Assembly: GCA_951406725.2 (NCBI GenBank)
Contig: OX597836.1
Coordinates: forward strand, 13,392,001 to 13,456,000
Length of the DNA stretch: 64,000 nucleotides
From: Octopus vulgaris
Lineage: Eukaryota
Direction: 5' to 3'
The notes below the pieces were generated by a model. It searched no databases. It worked only from the letters and a program-made list of their open reading frames with translations, and had not been told where the DNA came from. Of the stretch, positions 28,324-41,458 are shown one piece after another. The position numbers and the translations under genes are program-made. Position 1 is the first letter of the stretch, and the number at the start of each line of letters is the position of its first letter.

Positions 28324-28685
28324 CACATATATACATATATATGTTTGTATATGTGCATTTTTGCATACATACATACAATGTTGCATACAAAGTGGATTCC
28401 AGAAGTTTTGAGACTTTTTTTAGGAGAGGTAGTTATAAATGGCCTAGATTATTGTAATTTTAGTATATAATAACTTTTCATTCCGGACTTAAGGACAAAG
28501 TTGAAACAGCATTTGGAACACACCCTACTAAACACTGCTTGTCACAGCTGGCTAGTTTGCCGAATGCAGCTGTTGGAATGTGTAGACCACTTGGAAGCTT
28601 GCTATGCAATAAAGCATGCATGGGCAACCTGTGGCCCACCCCGGACCGCATACGGCCCTCGACATGGTGTTGTGCGGCCCTCGAC

Positions 28686-29064
28686 TTACCAACCACATAG
28701 TTCTGGGTTCAGTCCCACTGCGTGGCACTTTGGGCACGTGTCTTCCACTGTAGCTTCGGGCCGACCAAAGCCTTGTGAGTGGATTTGGTAGACGGAAACT
28801 GAAAGAAGCCCGTCGTATATATGTATATATGTATGTGTGTGTTTGTATATGTTTGTGCGTCTGTGTTTGTCCCCCCAACATCACTTGACAACCAATGCTT
28901 GTGCGTTTACGTCCCCGTGACTTAGCGGTTCGGCAAAAAGAGACCGATAGAATAAGTACTAGGCGTACAAAGAATAAGTGCTGGGGTCGATTTGCTCGAC
29001 TAAAGGCGGTGCTCCAGCATGGCCGCAGTCAAAATGACTGAAACAAGTAAAAGAGTAAAAGAGA
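28686..29064 (+). mobile_element. SINE family A, 5'-truncated
   Basis: Match to family; preceded by hAT-like end CATGCATGGGCAACCTGTGGCCC. Confidence 0.9.
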
Positions 29065-29199
29065 TACAGATAATGAAATTTGTTTTGTTTTTTTATAAAA
29101 TATCAATGAATTTTCTTTCTTTTTTTTAACCTCCATATTTTAAAACTATAATCTATTTACACTAGTAATCATCATTATTATGATTAGGAAATAATCAAT

Positions 29200-29748
29200 T
29201 CATTCATCATTCATTGTTCGACCGTGGTCGAGACAATGGAATTTACCATGCTACGCCAGACTTCACGGTCCATCATGGCATTACGGAGGTCCTGTTGCTG
29301 GATCCCTGTATCCCTGGAGATTATTACATCAGGGTAGGAGAGTGTGCGCCCTCTGGTACTGCGAGCAGATGGCTTCCAGAGGAGAAGAGTAGAAATTACC
29401 TCGTTTTCAGCTCTACAGCAATGTCCAGCAAACTGGACTCTCCTACCTTTCACAAGAGATGACACAGGTGGTAGTTTCCCATATATTTGCATTTTGGTTG
29501 GATGACGCTTCCACGAGAGATTTTGAGCTCTCATAAGGAGGCGAGTGTAGGTTCCATCCAACCGCCTCTCAAGCTTCTTTGATAACGTCCAGGTTTCTGG
29601 GCGAGTATAGGTTCCATCCAACCGCCTCTCAAGCTTCTTTGATAACGTCCAGGTTTCTGGGCAGTGTAGGTTCTCCAACCGCCTCTCAAGCTTCTTTGAT
29701 AACGTCCAGGTTTCTGGGCGAGTGTAGGTTCCATCCAACCGCCTCTCA
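29200..29748 (-). mobile_element. RTE-clade LINE 3' fragment
   Basis: ORF 29211-29846: ETWTLSKKLERRLDGTYTRLLMRAQNLSWK...RRVQFAGHCCR...AMMDREVWR; short (TGA/TGAA) tail; 60-bp segment triplicated at 5' truncation. Confidence 0.88.
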
Positions 29749-29751
29749 TAC

Positions 29752-30078
29752 TGTTGGGTGGACGCCCATGCTTTATTGCATAACAATCTTCCAAGTGGTC
29801 TCCACATTCCAACAGCTGCATTCGGCAAACTAGCCAGCTGTGACAAGCAGTGTTTAGTAGGTCGTGTTCGAAATGCTGTTGCAGCTATGTCCTTAAGTCT
29901 GGAATGAAAAGTTGGCAGGTCAGCTTATAATATACTAAAATTACAATAATCTAGGCCCAGGCTAGCCCAATACGTAGATATAGAAGGAGACAAGGTAGAC
30001 TAGAACAGAGTATAGTAGTGGAGAGCAAAGTAGTAGTAGAGACATCCGAAAGTACGACATCACAGTGGTGACGAGGAT
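29752..30078 (+). mobile_element. Gypsy-type 5' LTR (interrupted) + tRNA-Ser(GCU)-like PBS
   Basis: TGTTGGGTGGACGCCC...CGACATCACA then TGGTGACGAGGAT (30066-30078); duplicate reads GGCGACGAGGAT at ~30122. Confidence 0.75.
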
Positions 30079-30171
30079 TTCGTAGCTCACACAACCACAG
30101 TGTAATATTGCGATATAACCAGGCGACGAGGATTTCGTAGTTCACACACCACAGTGTAATATTGCGATATA

Positions 30172-30554
30172 GTGGAGGCGCAATGGCCCAGTGGTTAGGG
30201 CAGCGGACTCGCGGTCGTAGGATCGCGGTTTCGATCTCCAGACCGGGCGTTGTGAGTGTTTATTGAGCGAAAACACCTAAAGCTCCACGAGGCTCTGGCA
30301 GGGATGGTGGTGATCCCTGCTGTACTCTTTCACCATAACTTTCTCTCACTCTTACTTCCTGTTTCTGTTGTACCTGTATTTCAAGGGGCCGGCCTTGTCA
30401 CTCTCTGTGTCACGCTGAATATCCCCGAGAACTACGTTAAGGGTACACGTGTCTGTGGAGTGCTCAGCCACTTACACGTTAATTTCACGAGCAGGCTGTT
30501 CCGTTGGTCGGATCAACCGGAACCCTCATCGTCGTAACCGACGGGTGCTTCCAC
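30172..30554 (+). mobile_element. SINE family C, tail type 2
   Basis: 14-bp TSD AATATTGCGATATA (30158-30171, 30555-30568). Confidence 0.93.
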
Positions 30555-31926
30555 AATATTGCGATATAACACGTACTAAGACAAATAAAATTAAGAAGAA
30601 CAGCAAAAATTCAGTGTAAAGTGGGCAAGTAATATTTCGTGCATGTGTGTTTTATCATGTGACTTTCTCTCCCACTTGGAGATAGTATGATGTGGCTCAC
30701 AGTTGACGAAAAGTTGTCCATCCCTGCAATAAATTTTTTGTGATTTACTGGGCAAAAAACGTTATAGAAACTTATGAAAAGCTTCCGACTGCTTATGGAT
30801 TGACTTGTATGCGTCGAGGAACTGTTTTTCTCTGGTAAAACAGGTTCAAGGACGGGAGAGAGGAGGTGAGAGACGATGAGAAGAGTGGGAAGGATAAGGA
30901 CGCCAGAAGATCGGAGCTGGTCGTGAAAATTTGCAATTTTCCCGTCGTGCATTGATTCAGACAATAAGCGTACAATTTGGAGTTGGTGTGGCAACTGTGC
31001 ACAAAATCGTTCGTGAAGAAATGAACATGCGCAAACTAAGAGAGAAGTTTGTTACCAGGGTGCTCCGTGACGAACAGAAGGAAAGACGCGTTAGTGACAG
31101 CAAGGAGCCCATTACCTCTAATACAAGAATACTTGAGGTTCTGCTGACCTGTGACGAAGCATGGGTCTATTGATGTAATCCAGGGACTAAGAACGAAGCA
31201 TGGGTCTACTGTTGTAATCCAGGAACTAAGAACGAAGCATGGGTCTACTGTTGTAATCCAGGGACTAAGAAGCGGAGCGCCTAATGGAAGCAACCTGGCT
31301 CCCCCAGACCCAAGAAGGTCAAGCAAAACAAGTCCACGGGGAAAGTTCATGATCTTCTTTTCACTGGGTTCCTTCTGACCAGACGGTCCTTTATAGAGGT
31401 TTTGAGGGAGTTGAGGAAGAGGTTTTGTCGCAAAAGGCCGGAAGGTTTCCACTCAGGTCGGTGGCACCTACACCAAGACAATACACCAGTCTACCCTGAT
31501 AACCAACTACTTCACAGAGATGGGCATAAAAACTGTCCTCCACCCACTCTACAGCCCACACATTCTTCCCCGTGACTTTCGGTTTTGCCTTAAGCCGCAG
31601 GAAAATCTCAGGAGCAGGAATTTTGAAGACATTAAGAAGATGGAGAGTGTGATAAGGGTCCTGAACACCTTCGCTTTAGAGGGCATCCACGGGACCTTCA
31701 CGACGCGATTTCAGCGCAACGAGAAGTGCATTGGGGTCAGAGGATTCTACTTTCATAGAGAGAAGAGCTTTGTATTTCTTTCAAATTAATTAATATTTCT
31801 CCTGAAAAAAGTCCCAATACTTCTGGAACACGCCTTGTGCATATTATCAATTAGTAGTACATGTTTGTTTGCATATGTGTGTGTGTGTATGTATAGATAT
31901 ATACATACATATATATATATATATAC

Positions 31927-31984
<58 letters not shown>

Positions 31985-31996
<12 letters not shown>

Positions 31997-32364
31997 GGCA
32001 GTTTGTCTGTGCGTGTTTCTGTGTGTCTGTTTTCTCGTACCCTCACTCTGACCACGGCTTTCAACCGATTCTGATGAAACTTGACACACACATAACCCAA
32101 TGTCATAATTCAAAACTAACGCAGCGAAAATTTTGAAAAGTTGCCCCAGTTCTGAAAAAAATCGATAAATTCGACATGGGGTCGAGAATCAGAAACCCAA
32201 ACCACAGACTGTCTAGGGGACGCAACTCCACCTTTTTTAACTCTCAAAAAAAATTTGCCATCATTTTTTTTCCATTTTTTTGCTATTTTTTGGCTATAAC
32301 TCTCTAAAAATGCTTTATAGTTATTTCCCTTACAAACCTGAGCAACGCCGGGCGATACTGCTAG
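31985..32364 (+). mobile_element. Non-autonomous Helitron, third internal type
   Basis: Ends CCTGAGCAACGCCGGGCGATACTGCTAG|T; 3' ~70 bp shared with 27615 copy; 5' end lost in (TA)n. Confidence 0.78.
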
Positions 32365-32572
32365 TATATATATAAACATATACACATGCATATGTATATG
32401 TGTGTGTGTGTATCTATGTTTATATGTATGAACTTATGTATCGTTAACTAGCTATACTGTATAATATCTAGGTTGTGTGTTTGTGTACATGGATGTTTGT
32501 GTGCATGTGTATGCGTGTATATACATACACAATATATATTCACATATATACTCGTATATTCATTATATTCAT

Positions 32573-32605
<33 letters not shown>

Positions 32606-32631
32606 ATAAATCTCTGAGCGACATATTATAT

Positions 32632-33095
<464 letters not shown>

Positions 33096-33181
33096 ATATA
33101 TATATATATATATGTATCACATTTAATTACTCTGTAATATTTGTGACGTGTGTACATAAATGTTTTTGTGCATTGTGTGTG

Positions 33182-33213
<32 letters not shown>

Positions 33214-33349
33214 TGTATGTATGTATATATATATATATATACATATATATACACACATACATGCATACATTCACACACACATACACATACATACAGAAGC
33301 ACATTTTTGCTATTTTAATTTTTTTTTTCTTTTCAATTTTTCAACAAAG

Positions 33350-33652
33350 GAAACACACCCAGGTATGTCTCAGTAAAAAAGCAACCCTACCACCACCACC
33401 AACACCACCACCAACAACAACAACACCACCACCACCACCAACACCAACAACAACAAAAAAATATCTCACACCTCTTCCAAATACATTTGAAAGGCCGTGT
33501 GCTTTTCAGAAAGCGCCAGTTACTCCTTTCTACGGCAACGGACATGAATTTACTTACGGATCTGAGAGCGTCTAAAGACGAAAATGGACGTTTAGCGTTG
33601 GAATCGGGACGGGAGGTGGTCCTGGCCTTCAAAAAGACCGACAGTTCTGCAG
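33350..33652 (+). CDS. Candidate exon of an unidentified host gene (His/Gln-rich stretch then MNLLTDLRASKDENGRLALESGREVVLAFKKTDSSA)
   Basis: Long T/C tract + AAG| acceptor, donor GCAG|GTAAGT, 303 nt with one frame open end to end (phase 1-1); in-frame ATG at 33544. Confidence 0.55.
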
Positions 33653-33972
33653 GTAAGTCATTATTTTTTATTAAAATGTTTACAAGTTTTTCTTGTTTTT
33701 TTTTTGCCGATAGCGTAGCAAGTTTATCGTTATTTTTCTTTGTTTTCTAACCCGTATTTTTTTTCTTTTTTTTTTCTTGACTTTGTAGTCTACTCTGAAT
33801 TATTGCGTGTCGCATGTGCGTGTGTGTGTGTGTGTGCGTGTGTGTGTGTGTATGCGTATGTGTTTGTATGTGTGTAAGAAAGAGAGTGAGACAAAACGTG
33901 TGTATCTGTGTATAGTACATACACACATATGTGCGTATATATATATATATTATATATATATAAATTATATAT

Positions 33973-34041
<69 letters not shown>

Positions 34042-34182
34042 TAAGGGTAGAAATCAATATTTATCAATTAAAACCAGTGGTCTAGCATATTAAAAAAAAG
34101 AATCCGAAGATTAAATATTTATATATACTATATATACTATATATAATATTTATATATTTATATATAAATATTTAATCTTCGG

Positions 34183-34234
<52 letters not shown>

Positions 34235-34391
34235 CAATATAAGGGTAGCAAATTCCAGAAAAATTTTTCGATAAGGGTAAATGTTTTTATTTCTCCCTTG
34301 GTTTCAGAATTACAACTATTTAGCGGTTTGAGTTTGGCTGCTCTTTCTAGTGGGTCGAATGTCCTATCAGGGCTATTCCTTAATATTGTTG

Positions 34392-34504
<113 letters not shown>

Positions 34505-34536
34505 ATATATATATAAACATATACATATGTAAATAT

Positions 34537-34573
<37 letters not shown>

Positions 34574-35040
34574 CATAATTAAGATTAAGTTATTAATGAT
34601 TTATCAGTAGCCAGCGTAGACCATGCTGGTTAATTTATATTTAAGTATAATTAAGTATAATTGTAATTATAATTTTCATAATTATACACACATATATAAA
34701 TATATATATTATGTATATTATTATTATATACATATTGAAAGTATTAATAGTTTCACTATTAAAACTGAAAATACTATCTCACATTACGATAGAGATATTA
34801 TTATTTCACTTTTGACATGTAATACTGAAATAGTGTAAGAGATGAAAGATTGCTCCGGCTCGCATTAGGCAAGAAGTTGAACATTTTGGGGGGCCATGAT
34901 ACTGCTTGGACCCTGTGTAAGGCATGTGTAAAATTGAATGGGTAGTTCTCAAGTTATATAGTGATGCACACACACACACATATTCTCAGTTATATATGTG
35001 TGTGTGTGTGTTTGTATATATATATATATATATATATATC

Positions 35041-35094
<54 letters not shown>

Positions 35095-35099
35095 GCCGT

Positions 35100-35307
35100 T
35101 TGCCCGCCTGGTTTGGCACCTGTGCCGGTGGCACGTAAAAAGCACCCACTACACTCATGGAGTGGTTGGCGTTAGGAAGGGCATCCAGCTGTAGAAACAC
35201 TGCCAGATCATACTGGGCCTGGTGCAGCCTTCTGGCTTCTCAGACCCCAGTTGAACCGTCCAACCCATGCCAGCATGGAAAGCGGACGTTAAACGATGAT
35301 GATGATG
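35100..35307 (+). mobile_element. 3' part of another SINE/retroposon family with (GAT)n tail
   Basis: GGCGTTAGGAAGGGCATCCAGC...CCAGCATGGAAAGCGGACGTTAAACGATGATGAT. Confidence 0.7.
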
Positions 35308-35313
35308 TATATA

Positions 35314-35349
<36 letters not shown>

Positions 35350-35434
35350 CAATGGAGAAATTATGATGGACATAAAGCCGATTCAAGAAATCTTTATTGA
35401 TTTACCCGAAACATGTGTTGTACCTAATATAATC

Positions 35435-35506
<72 letters not shown>

Positions 35507-35779
35507 TACACCACACCACACCGCACACAGGCGCAGGTGTGACTGTGTGATTAGAAGCTTGCCTCCCAACCTCATGGTCACGGGTTCAGTCCCACTGCAT
35601 GGCACCCTGGGCAAGTGTCTTCTATATAGCTCCAGGCCAACCAAAACTTTGTAAGTGGATTTAGTAGACTGAAAAAATACATATATATATGTATATGTAT
35701 GCATATATGTGACCTCGTGTGTACCGTTGGCGATTTTTTCCCCTCTGTCTTCCCTTCTCTGGATCTTTCCTTCTCCTAT

Positions 35780-35814
35780 GTTTCCGACGAAGAGCTCCGC
35801 TCGAAACGTTAAAC
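35780..35814 (+). ncRNA. Minimal hammerhead-ribozyme-like motif in Penelope-like fragment
   Basis: GTTT-CCGACGA-A-GAGC(TCC)GCTC-GAAAC-GT-T-AAAC; stems I and II pair; U4>C core variant. Confidence 0.55.
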
Positions 35815-35900
35815 CCTCCTTCTTTCCTGAGCGTCCAATAATACTATATTTGTTCCACGTGCTCGCGTTGTTGTGTTTTTTTGTGCTTTCTTGTTTGGAT

Positions 35901-35958
<58 letters not shown>

Positions 35959-36073
35959 CTATGATGATCCGGTATTTGCTATGATGATTAAAGGCTTCGA
36001 ATGACCCGTCTGTTTTCTGTGTTCGTCCCTTTGTGTATTTCACGTTCTTGTTTCTTTATATATAATTTTTATA

Positions 36074-36145
<72 letters not shown>

Positions 36146-36199
36146 CACACACACACATATATATATATATATACATACACACACACACATATATATATG

Positions 36200-36245
<46 letters not shown>

Positions 36246-36493
36246 GGCCATATATATCCTGGTTGGATGCGGATCTATCTGTAATTCAAAAGAACCACCC
36301 CGGCCTTACATAATACGTCACACTGATTTTATCCCAAAGTTATGTTTAATGTACACGCCTCTGTGGAATACTCGGTCGCCTACACGCTAACTCAATGAAT
36401 CATATATTTCGTTTTGGTCGAGCAGTTGCCTACCCGTCGTGGAAAGTGACGGAGATCCATATTCTTTACTGTGTTGCAGTTGTTGTTGTTGTT

Positions 36494-36711
36494 ACTCTTT
36501 ACTCTTCTCTCTCTTTTACTTGTTTCAGTCATTTGACTGCGGCCATGCTGGAGCACCGCCTTTAGTCGAGCAACTCGACCCCGGGACTTATTCTTTGTAA
36601 GACCAGTACTCATTCTATTGGTCTCTTTTGCCGAACCGCTAAGTAACGGGGACATAAACAAACCAGCATTGGTTGTCAAGCAATGCTAGGGGAACAAACA
36701 CAGACACACAA

Positions 36712-36749
<38 letters not shown>

Positions 36750-36916
36750 ATATATACGACAGGCTTCTTTCAGTTTCCGCCTACCAAATCCACTCACAAG
36801 GCATTGGTCGGCCCGGGGCTATAGCAGAAGACACTTACCCAAGATGCCATGCAGTGGGACTGAACCCGGAGCCATGTGGTTGGTAGGCAAGCTTACCACA
36901 CAGCCACTCCTGCGCC
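36494..36916 (-). mobile_element. SINE family A, full length
   Basis: Reverse-complement match. Confidence 0.92.
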
Positions 36917-37523
36917 TGTTATTGGGTTTTTTTTAAAATTTAGCTCAGGCCTAGATGAGCTGAAGTAGGATCAATGACGTTCGATTCGTGACCATCACGT
37001 CTTTGTTTCATATGTTATCTAACCAAAACCACGACATGCTTCTCCTTCCTGCTTACGGAACGATATGATTCGATAGATTTGACTGCTATTTCTCGCACAG
37101 ATATAGTAACCGGATGTCTCACACCTGAGCCCTTATGACGGCGGCTTTGTTTCCTGGATTTAGTAGACTTTCTTTCCTTGCTGTTCACAATAAAATAAAC
37201 AAGAAAGAACCGTGTACTCAATAACACTGATACGTACACTCATATACAGAAACATACCACTTCACATTTACACACAAACTGCCACACACATACAGATTTC
37301 ATCATATACACACACACACACAGAAACACACATACACACACGTATACATGTTACAACAGAGTCTATGTACGTCAGACTGTTTGCATTGCTCTGTCCTCCT
37401 TTGGCTTTAAACAAACAGGAAAAAGAATTGTCGGGTTGTCGACGCATGTTTCAAAGAGAACTAGTTACGCAGGCAGATACACGAGTGCGCGCACACGCAG
37501 TCACATTCGCGGGCGCGCGAGAT

Positions 37524-37579
<56 letters not shown>

Positions 37580-37623
37580 GACATACACACAGATGCATAT
37601 ATACATAAGTATGTGTATAACCA

Positions 37624-37707
<84 letters not shown>

Positions 37708-37848
37708 CATCTATCTATCTATCTATCTATCCATCCATCCATCTATGTATCTATCTATCTATCTATATATCTATCTATCGATTTATCTATCTATCTATCT
37801 ATCTATCGATCGATCGATCGATCTATCTATCTATCTATCTCTGTCTAT

Positions 37849-38266
37849 GAGTGGCTGTGTGGTAAGTAGCTTGCTTACCAACCACATGGTTCAAGGTTCA
37901 GTCCCAATGCATGGCACCTTGGGCAAATGCCTTCTGCTATAGCCTCGGGCCGACCAAAGCCTAGAGAGTGGATTTGGTAGACAGAAACTGAAAGAAGCCC
38001 GTCGTATACACGTATATATATATGTATATGTGCATGTATGTGTATATGTTTGTGTGTCTGTTTTTCCCCCAACATCGTTTGACAATCAGTGTGTTTACGT
38101 CCCTGCAACTAAGCGGTTCGGCAAAAGAGACTGATAGAATAAGTACTGGGCTTACAAAGAATAAGTCCTGGGGTTGATTTGTTCGACTAAAGGCGGTGCT
38201 CCAGCATGGCCGCAGTCAAATGACTGAAACAAGTAAAAGAGTAAAAGAGTAAAAGAGTAAAAGAGT
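37849..38266 (+). mobile_element. SINE family A, full length
   Basis: Head to (GTAAAAGA)n tail. Confidence 0.92.
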
Positions 38267-38372
38267 ATATATATAACGGGAAAGTTTACGAAAATAAACA
38301 AAAGACAAGGCAGGTGGAGTACAAACAAACAAATGTATTAGTATAGCGCTCAGGAATAGAAATAGAAAAAGT

Positions 38373-38408
38373 CTCTTACGTTTCGAGCCTACGCTCTTCG
38401 ACAGAAAG
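38373..38408 (-). ncRNA. Minimal hammerhead-ribozyme-like motif in Penelope-like fragment
   Basis: CTTT-CTGTCGA-A-GAGC(GTAG)GCTC-GAAAC-GT-A-AGAG; 3' flank resembles that of the 35780 motif; A6>U variant. Confidence 0.55.
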
Positions 38409-38511
38409 GGACACAGAAAAAAACAAAGAGAGAAACAAGGAGAGAAACAAGGAGAGAAAAACAAGTAGAGAAAAAAAGGAGAGAAAAAATATATATATAA
38501 ACACACATATT

Positions 38512-38588
<77 letters not shown>

Positions 38589-38602
38589 TATGTACATGAG
38601 TA

Positions 38603-38815
38603 TGGCGGCGAACTGACCGAATCGTTAGCACTTGGGGCAAAATGTTTGGCTGTATTTCGTCCGTCTTTACGTTCTGAGTTCAAATTCCGCCGAGATCGAC
38701 TTTCCATTTCATCCTTTAAGGGTCGATAAAATAAGTACCAGTCGAGCCCTAGCTTCGATGTAATCGATTTATCATCTCCCCTGAAATAACTGTCCTTGCG
38801 CCAAGATTTGAAATA
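38603..38815 (+). mobile_element. SINE family B variant
   Basis: GGCGGCGAACTGACCGAATCGTTAGC head + core. Confidence 0.85.
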
Positions 38816-38829
38816 TATATATATGTGTG

Positions 38830-39920
38830 TCATTATTCAGTTTTATTTCAAGATTTCTTGCCAATAGAGAAAGAATTGGTTTCTAACCTAGATCCATGGC
38901 TCCTTCATTGGAATTTCAACATCAACAGGGTGGGCATGTATGCATGTATATGCTCAGATTTGTCTGGTTTCTTTGATACATTTATTCTCAAGCATACAGT
39001 TGCATTTCTAGACATGCTCATATATACTTAAATGATAAACTTCAGGAAAGTCTTACAGATTTTTACAGCTCCAGTGATGGCTTGGATCTGTAGTCTTCGA
39101 ATCAGCTCTCTCCTCTCTGGTTCTGAGAAGCCTGATTTCTCATGATTGGTGTGCTACAAATCTCAGTGCCCCAATAATTACATATGTAATCCTGAACTTG
39201 TAATCTGGATAGAGTAGCTGTAGATTCCTTAATAGTTCGGCGTAGGTATATTCTTTTTCGCTTTATGTAAATACTAGCTGTATCGCCCGGCGTTGCTCGG
39301 GTTTGTTTCGACTCTTTAGAATTGGAATTTTTGAAAAGTAAAAAGATTTGCATTATGTAGCTTGTTATTCTCTTTAAGTGAACATTTTTCTGGTTGAAAT
39401 ACACCGAAAAATGGCGACACAGCAGTCAAAAAATCGTAAAAAATAGGGATTTTTCATAGAAGAAAAGCACCTTTTTGATGTAAATAATTTTTGGTGTTAA
39501 CATGGTCCGATTTGAATTTTATCTTCTACGGAAGGAAGAGCAAACCTTCTTCTATCATACTCTCAATTTTGGTCAACTTGCGCCGCAGGGTCTCGGAGGA
39601 GATAGTGTTAGTTGAAGGCTACCAAACCTGCCATACACAGACAACTTCATTTTATATATAGAGAGATTTGCTAGGCCGCTGATTTCCACAACTGTACACA
39701 GTTTCTCTTCTTTATTCCAAATCACTATGTCAGGTCTATTATATTTACATTTTATTGTGGTTTTCATTGGGACATTCCACCAGTACTCATTTTCATTATG
39801 TGTGGTTATGGCTTCTACCATACTTTAGGTTCTTATTTCTCAGGCCTCGGGGTTATCCTTCCGACGGGTTTCGTCCTAGCTACAACATCATGTCTCTTCA
39901 GCCCGATGGTTCTCATTGTC
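38830..39920 (-). pseudogene. R4/Dong-type LINE 3' relic interrupted by a Helitron
   Basis: YWWNVPMKTTIKCKYNRPDIVIWNKEEKLCTVVEIS | ...LQLLYPDYKFRITYVIIGAL...ITGAVKICKTFLKFII*. Confidence 0.82.
39274..39666 (-). mobile_element. Non-autonomous Helitron
   Basis: A|TCTCTCTATATATAAAATG...CCCGAGCAACGCCGGGCGATACAGCTAG|T; no TSD; splits the LINE frame. Confidence 0.88.
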
Positions 39921-40561
39921 CTAACTACAACATCATGTTTTAAGCTATATCACGCTTTAAGGTATATCTTCCGGCTCTCAACATTCTGAATTCAAATTCC
40001 ACCGGCCTGGAGAAGGCAACGGGAATCCACTCCAGTGTTCTTCTTAGGTGCTGGAAAGTTCCTGGCTTTAGAGGTGTCGCGAAAGACCTGGTTGGAGGCC
40101 CAACCTTCTGGGTCCCTTTACTGGAGGACCGCTGCATTAAGTGTGCGAATATGATTGGGGAATATGTTGAATAAAATCATAATTAACTGAGTCTCCTGTA
40201 TTTTCTTTTACCCAAAGCCAGGAACTTTTTAGCACCCCTCTAGTACATATATATTCTTATTCGTGCTTTCCTTATTGTTCTCACGTATTTCTGTATTTTT
40301 ATTCGTGTACATCGTTCGTTTTCCGTCCTTGTGTTGTATACATTCGAAGCTTTCTTCCAAGGGATCTAATGCGCTTGGCTTAGATTTCCCTTGGGGGCTG
40401 CACAGGTCGGAGCAATCTCATGATTAATCGGCCGAAATTGCGAAGATGATCCGGTTCTTGGCTGATGACTGAGGAGTTCGAATGTCCCGTCCCGTGGTTC
40501 TTGTGTCGTCTTCTAGGTGTTTCACGTTCTTGTCCCAGTTTGTATATATTTTTTGCTTTTT

Positions 40562-40635
<74 letters not shown>

Positions 40636-41286
40636 AATTAATAAATAAATAAAACATATGCATATATACATACATATATGTACGTACCTACCTCTACATG
40701 TATATACACATGCATATATGGGTACAGGACACCAAAAAAACGTCGAACACAATAAGAAACGAAAACGTAAACACAAAACCAAGGAAATGGAAATTTTTTT
40801 AAAACAACGAAAAAAATAGAGTACAAGACATACAAAACAAAGAAAATTCCCCTTTCTTCAGTCGCCTTAATTTCATCTACTCCACGTTTCGAAGGTCAAG
40901 GCGATACATGACTTCAATGAAAATTTCCTTCCCGCGAAAATCAAATTAAATAAAATTTGAGATTTTTTGTGGAGGGGTAAAAAATGGTAACAAAAAGAGG
41001 ACAGTAACGACAGTACAAAATATAAACAGTAAAAGACAGGACATCTGTGTATATGCATGTATATATATACACATATTTATATTAACAGAAGAGTCCAGAG
41101 TAATCTATAGGCAGGAGAGATACAGCCGGAGTGTGGAAAGTCCAAAAGAGAATCCGTAAAGGGTAGAAAGGTAGACAGACCAGTGGAGAAGTTCCTAGGT
41201 GATGAAAGGAGACAGGATCAACTGGTGCGATATATGTATATATGTATATATGCATATGTTTTATTTATAACTCGCCCTGAGATTTA

Positions 41287-41326
<40 letters not shown>

Positions 41327-41458
41327 GATAAATCTCAGAGCGAGTTATAAACAGTAGCGGTAACACATCGTGACGCGTATTTGCCATTTGAATATGGCTA
41401 ACCCCTAAGGGTGGATGCTACTGTAGTTTGTAGCCCCAGGAAGATATCTCCTCCAGCT

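Larger units (their letters stand above)
28388..31837 (+). mobile_element. Decayed mariner (DD34D-type) with nested insertions
   Basis: TIRs CAAAGTGGATTCCAGAAGTTTTGAGACTTTTTT / AAAAAAGTCCCAATACTTCTGGAACACGCCTTG; transposase relic ~30700-31760: FVTRVL, LTCDEAWVY, HLHQDNTP, HPLYSPHILPRDF. Confidence 0.85.

Noticed and set aside
29211-29846. Functional 211-aa protein
   Set aside because: Chimera of inverted mariner-flank sequence, LTR start and a truncated RTE C-terminus
30172-30250. tRNA-Arg gene (also other SINE heads)
   Set aside because: tRNA-like A/B boxes run straight into multi-copy SINE bodies with TSDs; no proper acceptor stem or terminator
33470-33530. FGF-like similarity of HLFQIHLKGRV and RKRQLL
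   Set aside because: Motifs are short and in the wrong order; no gene name justified
33150-33575. Proline/threonine-rich ORF (PPPPTPPPTTT)
   Set aside because: Alternative frame of the CAC/CAA repeat, starts in a microsatellite and stops before the splice donor
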